Assembly: GCA_039586795.1 (NCBI GenBank)
Contig: JBDHJS010000003.1
Coordinates: 1 to 64,000 of the forward strand
Direction of reading: 5' to 3'
DNA from: Gemmatimonadota bacterium
Lineage (GTDB): Bacteria > Gemmatimonadota > Gemmatimonadetes > Palauibacterales > KS3-K002
DNA: 64,000 nucleotides
The notes beneath the pieces were generated by a model. It was not told where the DNA came from. It did not search any database and saw only the letters and a program-made list of their open reading frames with translations. Below are positions 56,971 to 64,000 of the stretch, piece by piece (position 1 is the first letter of the stretch; every line of letters starts with the position of its first letter). A program made the translations under genes and the position numbers.

Positions 56971-57153
56971 CGTGAATCTCCTGTTCCCGCAATTACTTAC
57001 GGACACTGAGGTGTCCAAACAACGCGACAATCGCCCTTGCCCCGCCACCTGAGTCTCGTTTACCTTCCGGCCTCAATAATCCTCGGAGTGGAGGGTCCCA
57101 AGCGACCCAGCGACAATATAACGACTGCTCCGGGCTTCGCTCGTAGGGGATAA

Positions 57154-57861
57154 GTGAACGATTCAGCCACCGTGGCCGCAAAGCCGTTCCCGGAGAAGGA
57201 GTACGACCGGCTACCCTGGCACGTGTACGTGTTGGGCGGCGTGATCATCCTGATCGGGATCGCGACGTTCATACTCATGTCGATAGAGGGCGAACGGAAG
57301 GACGGATATCTCTACCTGTTCTTCTACTCCATCCCGGCAAACACGGCGATCTCTGTATTCCCTCACGAACCGATTCTGATCTACTACGGCAAGTTCGCCA
57401 ACTTGTGGATCACTTCGCTAGCCGCAACAGGAGGCACGATCGTAGCCGGCTGGCTCGACCACCGGGTATTCGTACCGGTCCTCAACTACAGCAAGATCAC
57501 GGGATACAAGCAGAGCAGGTTCTACAAGAAGATGACGGACATGTTCATGAAGTATCCCTTCGCGACGCTTCTAGTGACCGGGGCTACGCCAATACCTTTC
57601 TGGCCCTTCAAGCTGTTGGTGTTCTCTATACACTACCCGTTGTGGAAGTACCTGACGGCGCTGGTCATAGCACGATTCCCAAGGTACCTGTTCCTCGCGT
57701 GGGCCGGCTCGATCTTCAATATTCCCAACTGGGTGTTGATCGGGATCGTCATACTTATCTTCTCGACCTACGCTGTGCGGGGCATCCCTGAGTTGTGGCG
57801 CCGAATCAAGGAGTCGCGGCGACGCAAAGAGGAAGGCGCTGAGAACACGTATCGAGTCTAG
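57154..57861 (+). CDS. VTT/DedA-like (SNARE-associated) membrane protein
   Basis: FPHEP, TPIPFWPF and IARFPRY motifs, with several TMs. Confidence 0.72.
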   Translation: MNDSATVAAKPFPEKEYDRLPWHVYVLGGVIILIGIATFILMSIEGERKDGYLYLFFYSIPANTAISVFPHEPILIYYGKFANLWITSLAATGGTIVAGWLDHRVFVPVLNYSKITGYKQSRFYKKMTDMFMKYPFATLLVTGATPIPFWPFKLLVFSIHYPLWKYLTALVIARFPRYLFLAWAGSIFNIPNWVLIGIVILIFSTYAVRGIPELWRRIKESRRRKEEGAENTYRV

Positions 57862-57927
57862 AGGTTGGATGACGCGATTTCAAAGTCGCGGCGTACGTAA
57901 CAATGGGGACTGAAAGGTTACTACTGG

Positions 57928-59016
57928 ATGAACGTATCCGGGAAGATGGCTCTGAAGATGCTCGCCCGGGGCATCCGGAACAAATACGCCCAGAAACCGA
58001 TCTCGATATCGTTCGAGATCACCCATTACTGCACGGCCAACTGCTGGCACTGCAATTGGGGAGGGCCGGTAAAGGACGAGAATCGCCTCCAGGCAGAGGA
58101 TTACGCCGCGATCTGCCGCGAATTGAATCCTGTGGTCTCACACATCTCGGGCGGCGAGCCGCTGGCTCGAAGCGACGTGGTCGAGATCACGCGAGCGATG
58201 GCCAATCCCGGCGACCTGCCCTTCATGGTTTTGGTTTCCAATGCCGCGGCCCTCACCGTCGATAAGTACCACAAGCTGCGGGACGCGGGTATCCACCAGT
58301 TCTCTATCTCCCTCGACTTCCCGGATGAGCGGCACAGCGACTTCCGCCGCATCCCCGGTCTGTTCGAAAAAATGAACGAGCGGATTCCGGAGATCACGGC
58401 GCTGGGAAACAACGACCTGTCGCTCAACGTCTGTATCACGGCGTGGAACTACAAAGACCTGGCCGACATGGTGAAGCTGGCCAGGAAGTGGAACACCAAG
58501 ATCAACTTCTCGGTCTACACCCCGTTGCGCATTAATGACGAGCAGGGATTACCGGCTGAGGAGAAGCTGCATGAAGTACGGCAGTCGTTCCAAACGCTAA
58601 TCGATATGAAGAAGGCCGGTTGGCCGGTCTATTCGTCGGAACGGGTGTTGTGGAAGTACTTCCAGTTCTTTACTGACCGGGGGATACCCGGATGCCAGGC
58701 GGGTCGCCGCTTCCTAGTCATCAATCCTGACGGGATGCTCACTCCATGCGCGATGGTCTGGGCGAAGTACAAGACACAACGCGAGATGTTGGGAAACTTC
58801 ACGTCCATCAACACGTGCCAGGAATGCTATATCTCGACCCGCGCCAACACGGAGAAGAAGCTGAGTGACTTCATCTCCGACAACTGGGGCATGATGATGA
58901 AGCAGCTCTTCTCCCGTAAGCCGGCTCTTCCTTCCCCAGGCGACGACGCGGTGGAATTGCCCTCCCCGGAGGACGCTGAAGCCAGGCCCGAGCGTCACCG
59001 GGCAGCCGCACAGTAG
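57928..59016 (+). CDS. Radical SAM protein with SPASM/twitch-type C-terminal domain
   Basis: CTANCWHC, SGGEPL, SISLD, CQAG....I.PDG..TPC and CQEC. Confidence 0.9.
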   Translation: MNVSGKMALKMLARGIRNKYAQKPISISFEITHYCTANCWHCNWGGPVKDENRLQAEDYAAICRELNPVVSHISGGEPLARSDVVEITRAMANPGDLPFMVLVSNAAALTVDKYHKLRDAGIHQFSISLDFPDERHSDFRRIPGLFEKMNERIPEITALGNNDLSLNVCITAWNYKDLADMVKLARKWNTKINFSVYTPLRINDEQGLPAEEKLHEVRQSFQTLIDMKKAGWPVYSSERVLWKYFQFFTDRGIPGCQAGRRFLVINPDGMLTPCAMVWAKYKTQREMLGNFTSINTCQECYISTRANTEKKLSDFISDNWGMMMKQLFSRKPALPSPGDDAVELPSPEDAEARPERHRAAAQ

Positions 59017-59337
59017 ACCATAGGCCGGCGGAACCCGGCCAGCCGACGAATCGGCTCAATTTGGCCGCGCCTCGAGGCACAGAAACCGCGGCCAGATCCA
59101 TTTCGGCGCCCCACACTGGCCGCGGCCGCTCGTTGCGCCGGCGCGACAGGGCCGCGACACCGCACGCTACTCCCACCCCGACTGTAGCCAATATCCCGCA
59201 AGAACAGGGCACCGCAGCCGGGATTGCGCATGAATTAGGGGTTTTTGGGGCCCCGTGTTGTGCACGCCTCTTGCTACCACCCGTAGAAGTGAAGCCCGCA
59301 AAAGACTGACGCTGTAAGGCAGAAGCCAAAACAGGAC

Positions 59338-60357
59338 GTGGATATGGTGGGATTAGAGCCGAATCGTCCGCCACTGGTGCTGGTAGCGAATGATGAGGAA
59401 TGGTGGGCCCGATCGCTGGAGAGCCTGCTGTCGCCTGGAGGATATGCCATCCTCCGCGCCTATACGGGCAGACAGACTCTGGAGCGGGCACACGAGGTGG
59501 GGCCCGACCTGATTATCCTTGACGCGAGCCTACCCGACATACCCGGCATCGAGCTGTGCCGACGGCTGCGCAGCGACCGTCGAGTCAGTAGCGCGACGCC
59601 GATCCTGATCACGACAGCCGGCCGCTGCACCAGGGAAGAGCGACTGGAGGCGCTGAGCGCGGGCGCATGGGACTTCATCGGTCTGCCGTTGGACGCCGAT
59701 GACCTGATCTTGAGGCTCAACGCTTACATGCGGGCCAAGCTGGAAGCCGAGCGTACGAAAGAGGAAGGTCTCATCGACCCCCTCACCGGCCTGTACAACC
59801 TACAGGGCCTGAGGCGTCGAGCCCGCGAACTGGGCACAGATGCTTATCGGCACGGCCGGGCGTTGGCCTGCGTTGCCCTGGCCTTGAGGATAGAAGATCC
59901 CTCCAACTCTGACAGCTCCGATGTCTTCTGGGACGCGATAGACAGGGCTGGCACCGTGCTACGCGACTCGGGTCGCATCTCCGACGCCATAGGTCGGATC
60001 CGTGATGGCGAGTTCGTGATCATCGCACCGGAGACGGACGACACCGGCGCGCACCAGCTGGCGCAGCGGTTGTCGACCGAGGTCGAAGAGATCATGGCCG
60101 TCGGTGAGAGTATGCCTCCCGTTCAGGTGCTCGCGGGATACAGTGCCGTACCCAACCTTCAATCCGCCGGCGTTCGGCCGAGCGCCATATTGGCAAACGC
60201 GAAGATGGCGCTGAGCCGCTTGCAGGCACAGCCCGGCGGATCGGGAGTCCTCCGGTACGAAGGAGACTACGACGACAGTGATCTGGATGATGGCGGAGAT
60301 CTGGGGCAGAGCCTGGCTGACATAACTGTGGAGCCACAGCGTCACGCTACGCACTGA
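59338..60357 (+). CDS. Response regulator with degenerate GGDEF domain (PleD-like)
   Basis: REC (DLIILD), DPLTGLYN, and an active-site loop reading RDGEF. Confidence 0.85.
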   Translation: MDMVGLEPNRPPLVLVANDEEWWARSLESLLSPGGYAILRAYTGRQTLERAHEVGPDLIILDASLPDIPGIELCRRLRSDRRVSSATPILITTAGRCTREERLEALSAGAWDFIGLPLDADDLILRLNAYMRAKLEAERTKEEGLIDPLTGLYNLQGLRRRARELGTDAYRHGRALACVALALRIEDPSNSDSSDVFWDAIDRAGTVLRDSGRISDAIGRIRDGEFVIIAPETDDTGAHQLAQRLSTEVEEIMAVGESMPPVQVLAGYSAVPNLQSAGVRPSAILANAKMALSRLQAQPGGSGVLRYEGDYDDSDLDDGGDLGQSLADITVEPQRHATH

Positions 60358-60384
60358 CAGAAGGCTGGACTTGCTGTTAGGGAA

Positions 60385-63321
60385 TCACTTCCAGAGACGG
60401 ACGTGATTTCTACGCTGGTGCTCGCGGAAGGATTCGATGCGAGCGTCGACTCCCGCGAGATCTTCGTCAATCGCCCTTCCTAAGCGGCCTTCGCCGTTGC
60501 CGTTGCCATTCCCACTCCCGTTCCCGTTCCCGTGGCTGTTCCCCTCTTCGTTGCTATCAACCTGCCAATCGAGGATTTCGAAGTCGGTGATTTCGAGATC
60601 GGCAACTTCCACAGGTTCCACTTCCTGGATGACCGACTCGATTTCCAGATCCAGTAGTTCATCGAGCCGCGAATACCGAGACGCATTGAAGTCGACCTGA
60701 ATCTCCGCAGCGATCGGCAACTCACTTCCGTTTCCGTTCCGCTTTCTGTTGCCGCTGTGAGTGCCGTTACCGTTGTTCCTTCCGTTTCCGTTGCCATCGG
60801 GGAGCGTGACCCGTTCCACGCGGTCGACCTCGGTCCGCGGATCGACCTTCGGGGGTTCAGTCTGCGAGTCGTCGACGGACGCGCCTTCACGGAGGTCGAT
60901 GCTCCGCTGTATCCGTTTTCCGGGCAGCGCGCGCTTGGCCTCGTCAGGCAGATACAAGCTAGCGTAAGCCTTACGATGGTAACGATAGACGCCAACGTGT
61001 GGAACGTCGTTGAGGATCGCGCCGAGTAGCCGGACCGGCAATCGAGCCAGCGAATCGAGCCGCCATTCCGTCGCGGACCGATTGGTCGTACCCGTTCGGA
61101 CGACCAACACCATGTTGCGGGTGAGCGTGCCGAGAGCCAGCGGGTCGGCACAAGCTGCGAGGGGCGGCGTGTCCACCAGGATCACGTCGTACTCCTTACG
61201 CATCTGAGCCAAGAGATAAGTCATGGCCCGAGATTGCAGCAATTCGGGCCCATCCTGACGGCGGGTCCCGCTGGCTATTCGAGAGAGTGCCCTGTGACTG
61301 GTCGAACGCACGACCTTCTCTAGCGGCGCGTTGCCGGCGAGATAGTCGGTAAGTCCTGGCTTGCGGCCGCCGCCCAACAGGCGATGCTGGGAACCGCGTC
61401 GAACATCGGCGTCGATGATCAGCGTGCGGTACCCCATGCCGGAAAACGCCATTCCCAAGTTGGCCAGCACGAACGACTTACCATCCTCGGGCTCGGGGCT
61501 GGTTACCGACAGGACCACGGGCCCAGCCGTCCCGTGGGCGTGAGCGACGTTGAGGCGAATGACCCTGAAGGCCTCGACGACCTGTGCTGCCTTGAGGGCG
61601 CTCAGCCCGCGGGAGCCGTTGTTCACGTGTGGCACGGAGCCGATGACCGGCACGCCAAGACCGTCGCTAACTTGCTGAGGGTAACTCAGTCGCGTGTCCA
61701 AGAAGTCCAGAAGAATGCCGACGCCCACCGCGATACACAGGCTGGCCATGAGAGCCATGAGGATGAACTGCTCTTCCTGGCTCTCATTGATCGGCTGCTG
61801 CGGCGGGAAGGCGGCGTCCATGACGCGGACATCTGGAATACTGCTCTCCGCGGCGAGGTGTGCTTCATCGCGGCGCGCCTGGAGCGTATTGAAGAGATTG
61901 GCGGCGATCGCTACCCTGCGCTCCAGCCGCGCCTCACCGATTGCCCGCATCGGAGTCCTGCGCAACTCATCGGCCGCGGCCACGATCATGCTCTCGAGAA
62001 TCACTTCCCGATCGGCGAGCGTCCGAGAAAGATCGGCGGCCAGGCGGGGCACCGTCGATGTCTCGAGTGATTGGATCTCGCTTCTAAGGTCCCGGACGGC
62101 CTGGTGCTCTTCCGTGTAGCGATTGAGCTGCGAGCGCAACTCGGATCGCTTTGACGTGAGCTCGCCCATCGCCAGAACCAGATCAGAGGATGCTCTCACA
62201 GACGGGATGATCTCGAGCCCCTCGATCGAGGGTCCAGATTCCGACGCGTTCCTCAGCACACGATCGATTGACCAACGATCGCGTCTCAGCTGTTCACGCT
62301 CGATCAGCAAGCTCGAGTAGTTCGAGAAGGCGGACTCGCGTGTCGACTCGACTCCAGGCGCGACCGGCGTGGCGCGCTGCGCCGGGAGTGTGATGGTCCT
62401 GACCCGAAACGACTCGAGCTCACCCTCAGCCTCAAGCAGTTGCTGATGGGCCTGCGACAGTTGCTCGTTCAGAATGCGGGTGGATTCGAGGAGCCTTTCA
62501 CGCTTGAGGTCATGCACGACCTGCACGTAGCGCTGGCTCACCGCGTTGAGCACTTCCGAGATCTGAACCGGATCCTCGCCCGTCAGGCTGAGGTTGAGGA
62601 ATGTATGCTCTGAATCGATTTCGGTATTGATGCGCTCGCCGAGACTCCTGGCGACGTCTCGCAAGCTCTCGACACTGAACTCTATGTCGCCCCCGAGGGC
62701 CGACACACGCTCCAGAGTTTCCTGGCCTGTTAGCGGACCGCTCAAGTCGTCGATCGCGCCCTCATGCACCAGCTTGTCGCCAGCGGCAATCAGCTGGAAA
62801 CGGCGGCCGTCAGGATCGACGGCGAGTCGGTAATGGCCGGCCGCCAGACCATCATCCAGCTGGAACTGGGCGAGCAGGTTAGCTTCCTGCGGCGAAGCGG
62901 CTCTGAGATACAGGCGCAGGTCGCCGACGACTTCGTCGAGCACCCGGTACGATCGGAGGAGCTCTACCCATGCGGCACCGGCCTGAAGCAGCTGGCCCGT
63001 CTGCACAGGTGCCTGCTCGTTGGCGCGGCTATCGCTAGGCTCGATCCAGATGGTCGTTTGCGCTTTGTACTGGGGCTTTATCTGGTGAGCCAATGCGAAT
63101 CCGCTCGCCGAACCCAACACGGCAACCAGCAAGACAACCCAGCGGTAGCGCCACACCGCGACTATGAATCGACGCCAGTCCAGCGAAGAAGCGAGCGGGA
63201 GCTCGTGTGCGGCGCTGCCGTTTGACGGGCGTGCACCATTACCACGACCTGCACCGTTCCCCTGCGGGGTCGTGTGATGCGGCAGTTTCCTGCCGTTATG
63301 GCTGGTGAACGCGCTGGGCAT
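60385..63321 (-). CDS. Wzc/GumC-type polysaccharide co-polymerase with BY-kinase domain and long C-terminal extension
   Basis: Two TMs flanking a coiled-coil periplasmic region, EAFRVIR, Walker A SPEPEDGKS, IDADVRR, VDTPP and a Tyr cluster. Start uncertain (ATG at 63321 chosen). Confidence 0.88.
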   Translation of the reverse strand: MPSAFTSHNGRKLPHHTTPQGNGAGRGNGARPSNGSAAHELPLASSLDWRRFIVAVWRYRWVVLLVAVLGSASGFALAHQIKPQYKAQTTIWIEPSDSRANEQAPVQTGQLLQAGAAWVELLRSYRVLDEVVGDLRLYLRAASPQEANLLAQFQLDDGLAAGHYRLAVDPDGRRFQLIAAGDKLVHEGAIDDLSGPLTGQETLERVSALGGDIEFSVESLRDVARSLGERINTEIDSEHTFLNLSLTGEDPVQISEVLNAVSQRYVQVVHDLKRERLLESTRILNEQLSQAHQQLLEAEGELESFRVRTITLPAQRATPVAPGVESTRESAFSNYSSLLIEREQLRRDRWSIDRVLRNASESGPSIEGLEIIPSVRASSDLVLAMGELTSKRSELRSQLNRYTEEHQAVRDLRSEIQSLETSTVPRLAADLSRTLADREVILESMIVAAADELRRTPMRAIGEARLERRVAIAANLFNTLQARRDEAHLAAESSIPDVRVMDAAFPPQQPINESQEEQFILMALMASLCIAVGVGILLDFLDTRLSYPQQVSDGLGVPVIGSVPHVNNGSRGLSALKAAQVVEAFRVIRLNVAHAHGTAGPVVLSVTSPEPEDGKSFVLANLGMAFSGMGYRTLIIDADVRRGSQHRLLGGGRKPGLTDYLAGNAPLEKVVRSTSHRALSRIASGTRRQDGPELLQSRAMTYLLAQMRKEYDVILVDTPPLAACADPLALGTLTRNMVLVVRTGTTNRSATEWRLDSLARLPVRLLGAILNDVPHVGVYRYHRKAYASLYLPDEAKRALPGKRIQRSIDLREGASVDDSQTEPPKVDPRTEVDRVERVTLPDGNGNGRNNGNGTHSGNRKRNGNGSELPIAAEIQVDFNASRYSRLDELLDLEIESVIQEVEPVEVADLEITDFEILDWQVDSNEEGNSHGNGNGSGNGNGNGEGRLGRAIDEDLAGVDARIESFREHQRRNHVRLWK

Positions 63322-63580
63322 CGTTTCGGTGCCGGATGCCTGGCTGAGGGTTCTGGCGGGTAACCATTCCATCCAGCAACAGGGATGCCGCTGGGCCGAG
63401 TTTTCCACAAAACGCTGAAAGGCGTTGGAAGATAAGGTGTTTGCGGCACTGGCAGGGGTCGGTGCTGGAAGTGGGAATGTGGTGTGTAGACGCAGCGCTA
63501 CAGATCGGCCCCGTAGGCGGGATAGGGTGTGGCTTTGGTCCGACCCTCTAGGGAGGACCGCGGTCACGTCGGCTTTACTA

Positions 63581-63609
63581 TTGACATTTCTCTCTTTCAT
63601 CCGTACTGT
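63581..63609 (+). promoter_or_regulatory. Putative sigma70 promoter
   Basis: TTGACA-N17-TACTGT upstream of the 63805 ORF. Confidence 0.55.
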
Positions 63610-63804
63610 TGCATTCCCGCTGCTTCTGCGACGTCGGCTCCACAGTTCGCGTCGCTCCACGTCGGCCCCATCGCCGCAGCAGGTAAGCGGGCCTACGTAG
63701 ACTTTGGGCCGCCGGTCCCGCCACGGCTGAAGTTCTCAACGGATCTCACAGGACGTTCTATCGCCACTTCGCGGTGCGCGATCCTGAAACGTGGGAGGCT
63801 CCCG

Positions 63805-64000
63805 ATGCCCCGTGCCCTGTCCGGCATACGCTCCGACAGCGTAAGCCCCTTTGTGCCCGCCGACACCGAGTTTGAAGAGAGAGCAGATTTCGCTGACGCC
63901 CCGAGAACGTCGCTGCGTCTCGTCGTGATCGACGATGAACGGACGTTGAGGGAGAGTTGCGCCAGCATACTGGAAATCGATGGCCACGACGTCACCAAGG
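63805..64000 (+). CDS. Response regulator (receiver domain), truncated by window end
   Basis: Not in the ORF track. RBS GGGAGG, ATG at 63805, translating to ...LRLVVIDDERTLRESCASILEIDGHDVTK. Confidence 0.8.
   Translation, partial: MPRALSGIRSDSVSPFVPADTEFEERADFADAPRTSLRLVVIDDERTLRESCASILEIDGHDVTK

Noticed and set aside
59259..59275. GTGCACG-CCTC-TTGC sigma54-like motif upstream of the REC-GGDEF gene
   Set aside because: The invariant GG at -24 reads TG, so it is suggestive only.
63322..63660. 113-aa N-terminal extension of the Wzc ORF in the ORF track
   Set aside because: Non-protein-like composition and overlap with the divergent promoter region; a downstream ATG is more plausible.

Overview
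A GC-rich bacterial window with no rRNA, CRISPR array, transposase or integrase visible. The gene repertoire suggests Gemmatimonadota or a similar lineage; this is inference only. It holds about 45 CDSs and one tRNA-Glu(CTC). Housekeeping and catabolic genes include fumC, an aldehyde dehydrogenase, ade, ferritin and a family-5 UDG. There are many peptidases (S41, M28, HtrA, S12, M2) and a serpin, scattered surface-polysaccharide genes (3 glycosyltransferases, a flippase, a Wzc-like kinase), and an ABC/NEW3/histidine kinase/sigma54-activator operon with a sigma54 promoter. The stand-out is one 2,817-2,827 aa ORF (44630-53083). It fuses a FixC/ETF-quinone oxidoreductase FAD domain, a 4Fe-4S domain, two complementary acyl-CoA dehydrogenase domains, ETF-beta and ETF-alpha, so it looks like a whole acyl-CoA-to-quinone electron chain in one polypeptide. 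Notable non-coding signals are a decayed integron-like attC cassette array (4387-5300), a candidate sigma54-driven structured sRNA upstream of tRNA-Glu, and two inverted copies of a conserved ~63-nt core each closed by a different perfect stem (17103-17462). Several REP-like repeats are also present. All product calls come from motif recognition by eye; no database searches were run.
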